A stretch of 64,000 nucleotides of DNA from Candidatus Omnitrophota bacterium (GTDB taxonomy: Bacteria > Omnitrophota > Gorgyraeia > Zapsychrales > Zapsychraceae): positions 3,084-67,083 of the forward strand of contig JADFYJ010000001.1 in assembly GCA_015233115.1 (NCBI GenBank), in the 5' to 3' direction. The translations under genes and the position numbers were made by a program. Below are positions 9,390 to 19,118 of the stretch, piece after piece (position 1 is the stretch's first letter; the number at the start of each line of letters is the position of its first letter). Below the pieces are notes generated by a model. It saw only the letters and a list, made by a program, of their open reading frames with translations. It did no database searches and had not been told where the DNA came from.

Positions 9390-10370
9390 ATGAAAAGTGT
9401 TGAAATTTTATCATTGGGGCATTATGTCCCTGAACGCATATTAACTAACCAAGATCTGGAAAAAATGGTGGATACCACTGATGAGTGGATTACTACCCGC
9501 ACCGGCATCAAAGAACGTCGTATTGCCGCTGATGATGAAAAGACCAGTGACATGGCCATTAAAGCGGCAGAAGAAGCATTAGCCCGCGCAAAATTTGATC
9601 CGCAAAATATTGATTTAATTGTGGTGGCTACGACGACTGCCGACAGTTCGTTTCCGGCCATGGCGTGTTTAGTGCAAAAATCTTTGAATGCAAAAAAGGC
9701 GGCCGCTTTTGACGTGGGAGCCGCGTGTTCTGGTTTTCTTTATGCGTTGACCACCGCCAAACAATTTTTATTATCCGGCATGTATCAAAATGCGTTAGTG
9801 ATCGCTGCGGATAAAATGAGCAAGGTCATGGATTGGAACGACCGCACGACGTGTGTGTTATTTGGCGACGGAGCGGCCGCGTGTTTGATTCAGACCAGTG
9901 ATAAACCCAATGAGGGTATTTTGTCAGACTATATTTTTGGACTTGGAGAATATAGTAATTATATGCAAATCATAGCGGAAGAAATAAAGCCCTTAGAACA
10001 AAAGAATATGCTGGTCCGCAGTCCTTATGTGGTCATGCAGGGGCCGGAATTATTTAAAGTCGCGGTGAATTCCATGGCTGAGGGCGTTGAGATCGCGGCG
10101 AAAAAAGCCGGGATATCCCTCGCGGATATTTCTCTGGTAATTCCGCATCAGGCGAATGACCGGATCATTTCCGCAGTGGCTAAAAAATTAGGAACGCCGC
10201 GCGAAAAAGTTTATGTCAATATAGAAAAATACGGAAACATGTCTGCCGCGTCCGTCGCCATAGCGCTCTACGAGGCCGTCGAAAGCGGAGCGGTAAAAAA
10301 AGGCGATTACATCGCTTTGGTAGTTTTCGGCGCCGGCCTAGTCAGCGCGGCGAACATCATTAAATGGTAA
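9390..10370 (+). CDS. fabH: 3-oxoacyl-ACP synthase III
   Basis: AACSGF, PHQAN.RII, GNMSAAS. Confidence 0.96.
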   Translation: MKSVEILSLGHYVPERILTNQDLEKMVDTTDEWITTRTGIKERRIAADDEKTSDMAIKAAEEALARAKFDPQNIDLIVVATTTADSSFPAMACLVQKSLNAKKAAAFDVGAACSGFLYALTTAKQFLLSGMYQNALVIAADKMSKVMDWNDRTTCVLFGDGAAACLIQTSDKPNEGILSDYIFGLGEYSNYMQIIAEEIKPLEQKNMLVRSPYVVMQGPELFKVAVNSMAEGVEIAAKKAGISLADISLVIPHQANDRIISAVAKKLGTPREKVYVNIEKYGNMSAASVAIALYEAVESGAVKKGDYIALVVFGAGLVSAANIIKW

Positions 10371-10461
10371 ACCGTAGGGCGCCCCTTGGTCGACCTGAAT
10401 AAATAATAATTAACAACCAAAAACCACTAACCAAAAACCATCAACCAACAATAATTCTTTT

Positions 10462-11370
10462 ATGAAAAAAGTCACATATATTTTTCCCGGTCAAGGCTCA
10501 CAAACTGTTGGAATGGGGAAAGAGCTTTATGATAATTCTCCCATAGCCAAACAAATTTTTGATCAGGCAGAAACAATTGTGCCTGGTTTACTTAAAGTCA
10601 TTTTCGAGGGCCCGGAAGAATTACTTACCTCGACGAAATTTTGTCAGCCAGCCATTGTCACTGTCAGCATTGCCGCTTTAAAAGCATTTGAAGCGGGAAA
10701 TATTGTCAAGGAAATGGAACCTGTTTTTGCTTGCGGTCATAGTTTAGGCGAAATCAGCGCGCTCGTTGCCTGTGGTGCTTTGGATTTTAAAAGTGCTTTG
10801 GAACTGGTCGTTAAACGTGCCGAGTGCATGCAAAAAGCAGTTGAAAAAAATCCCGGGAAAATGGCAGCAGTTATTGGCTTTGATAAATTAGCGCTGGTTG
10901 AGGTTTGCCGATCGACGGGAGCGGAGGTGGCAAATTTTAATTCATTAGATCAAATTGTCATCACTGGAAAATCCGAGGCAGTCGAAGCGGCTTGTAAAAT
11001 TATTGAAGAAAAAGGCGCGAAACGTGTGATCGTTTTGGCTGTTGCCGGAGGATTCCATTCCAGTTTAATGAAAACCGCAGGCGAAGAATTTGCCGGATTT
11101 GTTAATCAAGTGAATTTTACGGCGCCTCACATCGCGATTATTAGCAATGTGGATGCCGCTCCGACCAAAGACGCTGCAGTTATTAAACACAATCTTCCTC
11201 AACAAATCTATTCTTCGGTCCGCTGGGTCGAAACAGTTCAATACGTTCAACAGCAAGGCATTGATACTTTTATTGAATTCGGCACTGGAGCAGTTCTCAA
11301 GGGTCTTATCAAAAAAATCGACAAAGCATTGAACGTGATTAATGTTGGAACTTGCCAAGATACTTTATAA
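10462..11370 (+). CDS. fabD: Malonyl-CoA:ACP transacylase
   Basis: FPGQGSQ, GHSLGE, FHS. Confidence 0.96.
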   Translation: MKKVTYIFPGQGSQTVGMGKELYDNSPIAKQIFDQAETIVPGLLKVIFEGPEELLTSTKFCQPAIVTVSIAALKAFEAGNIVKEMEPVFACGHSLGEISALVACGALDFKSALELVVKRAECMQKAVEKNPGKMAAVIGFDKLALVEVCRSTGAEVANFNSLDQIVITGKSEAVEAACKIIEEKGAKRVIVLAVAGGFHSSLMKTAGEEFAGFVNQVNFTAPHIAIISNVDAAPTKDAAVIKHNLPQQIYSSVRWVETVQYVQQQGIDTFIEFGTGAVLKGLIKKIDKALNVINVGTCQDTL

Positions 11371-11443
11371 AAAATTCATAAGATTTTTGTTAATCCTGAA
11401 CGATAACCTTATATAATTAACTATTAAAGGATGGGTTAATTTT

Positions 11444-12847
11444 ATGTTATTGTATACAGGTTATATTTTTATCATTTTAAGCGGTATCCTGCTTATTTTT
11501 ATTTTTTTAAAACGTCGTCGTAAAAGTAATCAACTCAAAGCTAAAAGGCAGTATCAGGAAGTTCTGCGTAAAGCCTCTTTGGGTATGGGCCGCATCAAGG
11601 AACTGAAGCACTTATTGAAATTAACAGTTCACGTCGTAACCCGCGCGGTCAAGGTGGACTACTGCAGTGTGTATGTGTGGCATGAAGATTCAGGCCGTTT
11701 TGTCCTGCGTGCGGTGAAGAGCATAGACCCGCAAATTCAGTTTCAGAATGGGCTTCTGGCCGATTCATCATTAATTGAACACATCAAAGGCACGCATAAT
11801 CCGGTGTATATCGGCAGCAGTGAATTTAAGAAGCACGACGATTATGCGTTGAAATTAATCAAGGATTTGCAGTTGGTTCCCGCCGTCGCAGTTTTGCCGT
11901 GTTTTATTGATCAACAGCTTATCGCGGTCATTGGGTTGGGGAATAAACTTAACCGAACCAAATATTCTCATGATGATCTGATGATGTTTTCGATTCTGGC
12001 TAATCAAATTGGCCTGGCCATTGAAAACGCGCAATTTTATGAAAAGACCAGAATGATTCAGGAACAGCTAATCCGGGCGGAAAAAATGGCAACGATCGGG
12101 ACTATGGTGGACGGCATTTCGCATCAGATGAAAAACCGGCTGCATGCGATGGGCTTTATTACCGGAGACGCGTTGGATGTTCTAAGGACCAAGAAGTGGG
12201 GAGATACTCCGGTTGACATGAAAAATTTTATCGACGAAATGGAGTACTCTCTGGTTCGTTTGCAGGATAACATTAAACGCGGCGGAGAATTGACTGAAGG
12301 GCTATTAAAATATTCACGGAAAAATACGGAAAATTATGAGCACATTGAGTTAAAGAAATTATTGGAAACCTCACTCGAGATGTTGAAGTTTAAGATTAAG
12401 TTAGACACGGTTCAAATCCGGACGCTATGGCATGAAGCCAATCCTAAAATTTACGGGAATTACACGCAATTGCAGGAAGTTTTTTTTAATGTCATGGACA
12501 ATGCTTACGACGCGATGATGCAGCGCAAAAATTTTTTAAATGAAGAGGGATTCTCGCCTAAGATTGAGATTGAGACCTCTTTTAAAGATGAGGAGACGCA
12601 TATATTTTTCCGGGATAACGGGATGGGCGTACGCAAAGAACATGCCCGCCAATTATTTACTCCATTTTTTACGACGAAATTATCATCAAGTAAAAAAGGA
12701 ACCGGCTTGGGATTATTTGTCATCCGCCAAATCATTGAACGCAATCATAAAGGGCACGTTAATTTTTCTTCGATCTATTGCGCGGGGAGCGAGATGGAAA
12801 TTGTTTTGCCCGTGTCTTTTCCGTCGGAAATATTGCCGGGTGTATAA
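11444..12847 (+). CDS. Membrane-anchored GAF-domain sensor histidine kinase
   Basis: N-terminal TM, GAF, H-box (ISHQMKN), N box, DNGMG, GTGLGL. Confidence 0.9.
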   Translation: MLLYTGYIFIILSGILLIFIFLKRRRKSNQLKAKRQYQEVLRKASLGMGRIKELKHLLKLTVHVVTRAVKVDYCSVYVWHEDSGRFVLRAVKSIDPQIQFQNGLLADSSLIEHIKGTHNPVYIGSSEFKKHDDYALKLIKDLQLVPAVAVLPCFIDQQLIAVIGLGNKLNRTKYSHDDLMMFSILANQIGLAIENAQFYEKTRMIQEQLIRAEKMATIGTMVDGISHQMKNRLHAMGFITGDALDVLRTKKWGDTPVDMKNFIDEMEYSLVRLQDNIKRGGELTEGLLKYSRKNTENYEHIELKKLLETSLEMLKFKIKLDTVQIRTLWHEANPKIYGNYTQLQEVFFNVMDNAYDAMMQRKNFLNEEGFSPKIEIETSFKDEETHIFFRDNGMGVRKEHARQLFTPFFTTKLSSSKKGTGLGLFVIRQIIERNHKGHVNFSSIYCAGSEMEIVLPVSFPSEILPGV

Positions 12848-13041
12848 AATATTAAATCTTTGTTGAGTTCATATTAGGTTTGTATACAATAAAAAATGGT
12901 GACTCGGGGGAGCCTACCGCATTATTAAAAACAGATTGTTTAAAAATCTTTCACCTATGTTATTTCTTCGTGGCTAATTCAGTAATGCTGTATTTGTGGG
13001 CATTTTGAAACAGTTCCAGAAATTTATTTGAGAAAATTAAG

Positions 13042-13401
13042 ATGGCTAAATTGTTAGTGGTAGATGATGAGAGTGATATTCGTGAATTTGCCAAGCGTTT
13101 TTTTGGACGCCGAGGTGTTGATGTGGTCACGGCCCATGATGGCCGTTCGGCTTTAGACGCGATTATTTCTCACCGGCCGGATTTGGTGATGCTGGATATT
13201 CAAATGGAAGGCATGGACGGGATCAGCGCTTTGGAAGAATTACGGACTTCCGGAGATCTGACCAAGGTTATCATGGTGACTGGAAATGAAAGCCCGGACA
13301 TTATTGAGGCAGCTAACCGGAATAATATACAGGCTTATATACATAAACCATTAGTTTTGGAAGAATTAGAAAAAGTAGTATTGCGTGAATTGAACCGTTA
13401 A
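13042..13401 (+). CDS. Single-domain response regulator
   Basis: VVDD, LDIQM, T and KP receiver motifs. Confidence 0.92.
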   Translation: MAKLLVVDDESDIREFAKRFFGRRGVDVVTAHDGRSALDAIISHRPDLVMLDIQMEGMDGISALEELRTSGDLTKVIMVTGNESPDIIEAANRNNIQAYIHKPLVLEELEKVVLRELNR

Positions 13402-13402
13402 T

Positions 13403-14602
13403 ATGACGAGTTTAAAGATCGATTTTAAAAAAGAGCTTGAATCCGCCAGCAAGGGTATGATCATGATCCATGACCCGAAGTTGCTGATCAAGCTGATCAT
13501 CCGTATGATTGTGCGGAAATTGGGTGTGCGGCATGCGGCCATGGTTCTGCATGATTTAGAACGCGATACTTACGTGTTAAGTATATCTCGGGGCGAAACC
13601 GGCGTAAAAATTCCCACCGGGTTTACCCGATTTGACCACGACAGCCCACTCATCAAACTTTTTAACTGCAAAGAATATCAGCATTTAACCATTGACCGTA
13701 ATGCTATTGTTTCCGACGATATAAGTCGATTGATTTGGCGCGAATCGGTTTTGCCGAATGGCGGGGCATCAAATGGCGATGTCCAAAAGTTGCTTTACGA
13801 TGTTTACGATCAAATGGAAATGTTTAATACGGTGGCTTGCGTGCCAGCATATCACCGGCATAAATTGATGGCTGTTTTGCTCTTGGGTGAAAAATATGAT
13901 AACACGAAATTTGAACAGGAAGAATTGGATTTTTTTGCGGCTTTAGCATCTGACGCGGCTATGGCCATTCGCAATGCTCAATTGTTTAATCATTTAAAAA
14001 GAGAAGCAGACCGCAACCACCAACAATATTTACAAACGATTATGGTACTAACTCACTTAATTGAAGATAAGGATGCTTATACGCGCGGACATTCTGACCG
14101 CGTCACCGAGTACGCCTTAAAAATTTCTGATAGTTTGATGCACAAAGATACGTTAAAATTTTCTAAAAAATTCCGCGAAACTTTGCGTATTTCCGGGCTA
14201 TTGCATGACATCGGCAAAATTGGTATCCCTGAAGCGATCCTCAATAAAAACGGAAAATTAACAGATGAGGAATATGAGATTATTAAGGGCCATCCTACCC
14301 GCGGCGTTATGTCGCTTCAGCCTTTGGGGTTGGAAGAAGAGTGCGTGAAAGGTATTTTGCATCATCATGAACGTTATGATGGTCGGGGATATCCTACCAA
14401 GTTGGCGGGTGAGAATATACCCATGATCGCCGCCATTATCGCGGTTGCCGACAGTTATGATGCTATGACGTCTGACCGCCCTTACCGTAAAGGTCTTCCT
14501 CAGGAGACAGCCATTCAGGAGATTCGCAAAAATTTAGGATCACAGTTTAATCCCATTGCTGCCCAGGCGATGATTGAATTGTATGAAAAGGGCAAATTAT
14601 AA
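13403..14602 (+). CDS. GAF + HD-GYP cyclic-di-GMP phosphodiesterase
   Basis: YTRGHS.RV, LHDIGK, HHERYDGRGYP, RPYRK. Confidence 0.92.
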   Translation: MTSLKIDFKKELESASKGMIMIHDPKLLIKLIIRMIVRKLGVRHAAMVLHDLERDTYVLSISRGETGVKIPTGFTRFDHDSPLIKLFNCKEYQHLTIDRNAIVSDDISRLIWRESVLPNGGASNGDVQKLLYDVYDQMEMFNTVACVPAYHRHKLMAVLLLGEKYDNTKFEQEELDFFAALASDAAMAIRNAQLFNHLKREADRNHQQYLQTIMVLTHLIEDKDAYTRGHSDRVTEYALKISDSLMHKDTLKFSKKFRETLRISGLLHDIGKIGIPEAILNKNGKLTDEEYEIIKGHPTRGVMSLQPLGLEEECVKGILHHHERYDGRGYPTKLAGENIPMIAAIIAVADSYDAMTSDRPYRKGLPQETAIQEIRKNLGSQFNPIAAQAMIELYEKGKL

Positions 14603-14612
14603 ATATTTCATA

Positions 14613-14731
14613 GCGCGCGGTAGGGCGGTTAGCATTTAAACCAAATCCTTCGCTCAAACAACCTTGGCGAAGCGCCAAGGAAACTCGCGCGGGGATTCGG
14701 TTTTAACGCCAACCTTGAGTTGGGGCACGCG
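14613..14731 (+). repeat. ~118-bp dispersed structured element, copy 1
   Basis: gcgcgcggtagggcggtt.gcatttaaaccaaatc.ttcgctcaaaca ... gggcacgcg; inner hairpin CCTTGGC-GAAGC-GCCAAGG. Confidence 0.88.
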
Positions 14732-14779
14732 GTTATTGGTTTGATTAGATTTTTCTTATTGCGTAGTTATAACTGCGAT

Positions 14780-15136
14780 TTACAAATCGTTTTTTATAAT
14801 CTGCAGGATTTTGGTTTCATTAACGGGTTTAATCAGAGGGATAGTTTTTAGTTCCGCAACTTCTGTCTGCTGTCTGTGCTCAATCAAAGTAATAATTTTC
14901 AGCCCCGGCCGTTTTGTTCGTATATTTAAAATGTCGTCTTTAATTGGGTCAATGGTTTCGAGGGTGCTCAGATCTAAAATTAACATGGAAATTTTTGCGT
15001 CATGTTCCAGGCAGTCAAAGACCTGCAGTGTGCTGTCCGTCAAAATTAATTCATGGCGTTGAAACAATAAGCGATGAAATAGTTCTAGCGTCTTTTTGTT
15101 ACTGGAGAAAATAAGCGCGCGGGGAAATTGGTTCAT
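14780..15136 (-). CDS. Degenerate receiver-like domain protein
   Basis: LILD and KP motifs, receiver-sized; overlaps the stop of the XRE gene. Confidence 0.6.
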   Translation of the reverse strand: MNQFPRALIFSSNKKTLELFHRLLFQRHELILTDSTLQVFDCLEHDAKISMLILDLSTLETIDPIKDDILNIRTKRPGLKIITLIEHRQQTEVAELKTIPLIKPVNETKILQIIKNDL

Positions 15137-15675
15137 AAGGTTGACGGAGTCATAACGGAAATATATTTAGCGAGTATTGAACCGTTATTTTTTATGACAT
15201 GTTCTTTAGTGGCGTCAAGATGGATGGAATGATTCTTGGGTAGACGGATTGGCTCCCCATCAATGAGAATTTCGATCTCACCGGACAAGACAAAAATAAA
15301 TTTTTCTGAACCAATAGATCCTTTTTCTTTATCAGTATGCCCTTTAGGCTGTAGTTGCACCAGTAGGGGGAGAAGGCGTCGATTGGAAACGCTTTGTGAT
15401 AAAATTTGAAAGCTAAGTTTAGGATTGGCAGCTAAAGCCGCGGCATGCGCCTGGATTTTTTTTTCTTCGTCTTCTCGTAACGCGGCTTGATATAGATCTG
15501 TTAGCGGAACTTGGAGCGAATTGGCAATGTGTAAATGAGAATCAACCGTGCCTTGCATTTTGCAGTTTTCCATGCGGCTTAAGGTGGCGACTTGTACGCC
15601 GCTTTTCTGGGATAATTCAACCAGGGTCATATTCTGGGCTTCACGAATTTCTTTAATTTTTTTACCGACAAACAT
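15133..15675 (-). CDS. XRE-family HTH + cupin transcriptional regulator (likely start 15675)
   Basis: GKKIKEIRE..MTL.ELS..SGV...LSRME and EKFIFVLSGEI; GAAAGGA RBS before 15675. Confidence 0.88.
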   Translation of the reverse strand: MFVGKKIKEIREAQNMTLVELSQKSGVQVATLSRMENCKMQGTVDSHLHIANSLQVPLTDLYQAALREDEEKKIQAHAAALAANPKLSFQILSQSVSNRRLLPLLVQLQPKGHTDKEKGSIGSEKFIFVLSGEIEILIDGEPIRLPKNHSIHLDATKEHVIKNNGSILAKYISVMTPSTL

Positions 15676-15779
15676 AGCTGTCCTTTCGTAATTATTGAAT
15701 AATATTTTAACAAAAATTGCGGAATAATCAAACATTTTCTTGTTTTGATTTAATGCGAATAACTATTTAATCAAATAAT

Positions 15780-15808
15780 TTGACAAAAAGACAAATTAAT
15801 GTTATATT
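15780..15808 (+). promoter_or_regulatory. sigma70-like promoter
   Basis: TTGACA-17nt-TATATT. Confidence 0.6.
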
Positions 15809-15841
15809 TTGAACATCAGCAAAAGTCGTTTTGATAATTTG

Positions 15842-15928
15842 TATTCCGGGTGCGCGGTAACTAAGGTAAACTAGGGAATTATCTTAGGGGGTTGTGAGGG
15901 AAAGCGAGAACGCTGCGCTCCCGGAATA
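15842..15928 (+). ncRNA. Candidate structured RNA / 5' leader
   Basis: 17-bp closing stem tattccgggtgcgcggt / gctgcgctcccggaata with inner stem ctaaggtaa/ttatcttag, downstream of a promoter; family not recognised. Confidence 0.35.
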
Positions 15929-15936
15929 TTAAATAA

Positions 15937-16178
15937 AATGGTTTATGGTTAATGGTTTTGGAATTTGAAGTATTAATTTTTAAAAGTATTGGTTTTTAAT
16001 TAATAATAAAAAAAAATTTGTCGCGGCCATTTTAGGACCTGAAAACTTCCCATCATTATAATAAATATTAAAGTTGTTTTGATTTTTTCTACCTCTCATG
16101 TTACATTATCTAATCATTAACATAATATTCGTATTCTAGGCGCGCTAACAACCAAAAACCATCAACCAAAAATCAACA
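15937..16178. repeat. Heptamer-arm inverted element
   Basis: atggtttatggttaatggttttgg ... aacaaccaaaaaccatcaaccaaaaatcaac. Confidence 0.7.
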
Positions 16179-16189
16179 ATATCACAATT

Positions 16190-16630
16190 ATGCTGAATTC
16201 GTTTTTAAATTTTTTTAAACATAAAAAAAATCATTATTGGTCAACGAAAAAAATTTTAATTGTGGATGATAATTTTTTGGACCGTAAAGTGCTTTGCGGT
16301 ATTGTTAAACGCGAAGGTCATGAATGTATTCAGGCTGAAGGCGGAGTACAAGCCTTGGCTATGGCCAAAGAATATCGTCCGGATTTAATTTTATTGGATT
16401 GTGATATGCCGGATATGCAAGGTTTGGAGGTCTGTAAAAAAATTAAAGAGATCTCTGGCATTAAAGAATGTCCAATTGTTTTTGTGACCAGCAATGTGAC
16501 TCCCAAAAATGTTATTGATTGTTTTGAAGCGGACGCGGCCAGTTACCTTTCTAAACCAGTTTCCGCTAAGGTATTGATCTCGCAAATGAGAGAATTACTT
16601 CATAAAAATGACAAAATGGAAGAATTATAA
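16190..16630 (+). CDS. Response regulator (receiver only)
   Basis: ILIVDD, LLDCDMP, SKP. Confidence 0.9.
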   Translation: MLNSFLNFFKHKKNHYWSTKKILIVDDNFLDRKVLCGIVKREGHECIQAEGGVQALAMAKEYRPDLILLDCDMPDMQGLEVCKKIKEISGIKECPIVFVTSNVTPKNVIDCFEADAASYLSKPVSAKVLISQMRELLHKNDKMEEL

Positions 16631-16642
16631 TAAGGAAGGCCT

Positions 16643-17920
16643 ATGTTTGATATTAAATTGATCCGTGAAAACAAAGAGTCCGTTGCTGAACGATTAAAGG
16701 CCAAGAATGCCAAGGTTGACATCAACGCGATTGTGGAAAAAGACGAGGCTCGACGACAATTTACTCTTGAACTCGATGAACTGCGTAATCTAAAGAATTT
16801 AGCGAATGATGAAGTTTCCAAATGTTTAAAAGAAAAGACGGATCCTAAGGAAAAAATCGCGGCTATGAAAGTTTGTTCTTCCCGCATTGCTGAGTTAGAA
16901 CCTCAAGTTAAAGCTTTGCAGAATGAATTGGATGATATACTTTTAAATATTCCTAATTTACCGCATGCGTCGGTTCCGGTTGGAGGGGCAGATAAAAATA
17001 CAGTCGTCCGGACCTGGGGATCGCCCCGGAAATTTGATTTTAAACCAAAAGATCACGTTGAAATCGCTGAAGCCCTGGACATTATTGACTTTAAAAGGTC
17101 CGCGAAATTATCCGGCTCAAATTTTATTCTGTTTAAACGGGATGGGGCCAGGCTGGAGAGAGCCTTATTTAATTTTATGCTGGATCTTCATACCCGGGAA
17201 CATGGGTATACGGAAATTTTTCCGCCTTTCTTGGTCAATAGCGCGACAATGACCGGAACAGGCCAATTGCCGAAGATGGCGGACGATATGTATAAAGTGG
17301 AAGGCGAAGATCTTTATTTAATCCCCACAGCCGAAGTTCCGGTGACGAATATTTTTAGAGATGAAATTATACCGGAAGAACAATTGCCGATTTATTATGC
17401 CGCTTACACCGCGTGTTTTAGAAAAGAAGCTGGTTCATACGGTAAAGATACCAAGGGTATGGTGCGGGTTCATCAGTTTGATAAGGTAGAATTGGTGAAA
17501 TTCGTCCGACCAGAGACATCATATGCCGAACATGAAAAATTAGTCGCTAACGCGGAAAAAGTTTTTCAATTATTGAATATTCCTTACCATGTGCTTTTAT
17601 TAGCCAGCGGAGATATGAGTTTCGCCGCAGCTAAATGTTATGATATTGAGGCTCATGCGCCGGGATCAGATCGTTGGTTAGAGGTGTCCAGTTGTTCCAA
17701 TTTTGAAGATTTCCAGGCTCGTCGCGCGAATATTCGTTTTAAGGGAAAAAATACTCCCAAAACTTCGTTAGTTCATACGTTGAATGGTTCAGGCGTAGCG
17801 TTAGCCAGGACGGTCGTTGCCATTTTAGAAAATTATCAAACCCCCGAAGGTGACGTGATCATTCCAGACGTAATTCGTCCGTATATGGGTGGACAGATAA
17901 AAATTGAAGGACGAAGATAG
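16643..17920 (+). CDS. serS: Serine--tRNA ligase
   Basis: PTAEVP, FRKEAGSYG, HQFDKVE, HTLNGSG. Confidence 0.98.
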   Translation: MFDIKLIRENKESVAERLKAKNAKVDINAIVEKDEARRQFTLELDELRNLKNLANDEVSKCLKEKTDPKEKIAAMKVCSSRIAELEPQVKALQNELDDILLNIPNLPHASVPVGGADKNTVVRTWGSPRKFDFKPKDHVEIAEALDIIDFKRSAKLSGSNFILFKRDGARLERALFNFMLDLHTREHGYTEIFPPFLVNSATMTGTGQLPKMADDMYKVEGEDLYLIPTAEVPVTNIFRDEIIPEEQLPIYYAAYTACFRKEAGSYGKDTKGMVRVHQFDKVELVKFVRPETSYAEHEKLVANAEKVFQLLNIPYHVLLLASGDMSFAAAKCYDIEAHAPGSDRWLEVSSCSNFEDFQARRANIRFKGKNTPKTSLVHTLNGSGVALARTVVAILENYQTPEGDVIIPDVIRPYMGGQIKIEGRR

Positions 17921-17999
17921 CTGAAAGTTTAGTTTTTTGTTTTTTCATTGTTACATTGTTACACTGTCACATTGTTACAATTAAAATTTAGGAGGCCTT

Positions 18000-18593
18000 A
18001 TGTGGGATCTTTTTAAATTTATTCTTTTTGTGCTTTTGATTCCGTTCGTGGGCGCGGCGGTGGTAAATTTTTATGATCATTTAGCTGTGTTGCCAAATGG
18101 ATTTCAACATGAATTAATTTTAGGCGCTTATATTTTTGCCTTGGTTTTTATCTTTCTTCATAAATTGGAACCGATCTATGAATTTGGGCAAAATATTGTG
18201 CTCAAATGTTTCCAATTCGCGTCGCCAGTGAATAAAGCCATATCATGTTTTTTTCCTTTTTATACGTTTTTGATTTGTATTGCTTTTGTGGTTTTGAATA
18301 GATTTTTTAAAAATGAAAATTTTAACGCTATCGGATTTTATATATTTGGGTTTACTTTGTTGATGCATGTTGTTTTAACGGCTCAGCAAGTGCAAAATGG
18401 AGAGAAGCCTATTTGGAAGCCTAATTATTATTTTTCCATGTCTTGTTATTTGATCACTCTGACCTTGGTATGCGCTCTTTTTTTGGATTTAATACTGCTT
18501 AAATTTCAATTTCCTTCATTTCTTACCCACCTTTACTTGTTAACCAAAAAATATTACATCTGGACGGTAAAAAAGATTTTATTGCTAAAATAA
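18000..18593 (+). CDS. Hypothetical multi-pass membrane protein
   Basis: Several hydrophobic segments; AGGAGG RBS. Confidence 0.7.
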   Translation: MWDLFKFILFVLLIPFVGAAVVNFYDHLAVLPNGFQHELILGAYIFALVFIFLHKLEPIYEFGQNIVLKCFQFASPVNKAISCFFPFYTFLICIAFVVLNRFFKNENFNAIGFYIFGFTLLMHVVLTAQQVQNGEKPIWKPNYYFSMSCYLITLTLVCALFLDLILLKFQFPSFLTHLYLLTKKYYIWTVKKILLLK

Positions 18594-18625
18594 TTATTTT
18601 TTTGTGATTTTTTTATAATTCTTTC

Positions 18626-18664
18626 TTGACATTTATTTTTAAAACCTATATAACATGTAGGTTT
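18626..18664 (+). promoter_or_regulatory. Promoter with overlapping Rrf2-type operator
   Basis: TTGACA at 18626; palindrome AAACCTA-N9-TAGGTTT (18642-18664) covering the -10 region. Confidence 0.6.
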
Positions 18665-18688
18665 ACTACCGGGACACGTGGAAAAATT

Positions 18689-19090
18689 ATGAAACTGACA
18701 ACTCAAAGTGAATACTCATTGTTAGCGCTTTTGTACCTTGCTCGTCATGGCAAGGACAAATATATTCCATTGGCGGATATCGCGAAAGATCAGGAATTGC
18801 CTTTTAAATATTTAGAACATTTGATGCGCACGTTGATACGGGCTGGCATCGTGAGAGGGTTAAAAGGCCAGCATGGCGGTTACCAACTCGCGCATAAGCC
18901 GGAAGAAATAAGCATCGCGCAGATTATTCGTCTTTTGGATGGGGCTTTAGCTCCGATCGGGTCTGTCAGCCGTTATTTTTATAAACCGTCTTTAATTGAA
19001 AAAGAAAAAAAATTAAGCAAAGTGATGCAAGATATTAGAGATTATGTTTCTTCTAAATTAGAGGCACTTACATTAAAAGATCTGATTTAA
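18689..19090 (+). CDS. Rrf2 family regulator (CymR-like, no Fe-S cysteines)
   Basis: MKLTTQSEY, KYLEHLM, G..GGY.L, IIRLLDG.LAP; heads the sulfate uptake operon. Confidence 0.88.
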   Translation: MKLTTQSEYSLLALLYLARHGKDKYIPLADIAKDQELPFKYLEHLMRTLIRAGIVRGLKGQHGGYQLAHKPEEISIAQIIRLLDGALAPIGSVSRYFYKPSLIEKEKKLSKVMQDIRDYVSSKLEALTLKDLI

Positions 19091-19118
19091 TCGTTGGGAC
19101 ATCGAAAGGATAATACCA

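Noticed and set aside
15855-15910. c-di-GMP-I riboswitch
   Set aside because: A GGTAAAC-like start is present, but the GNRA/receptor and GCAAA..GGTCTAA elements are missing.
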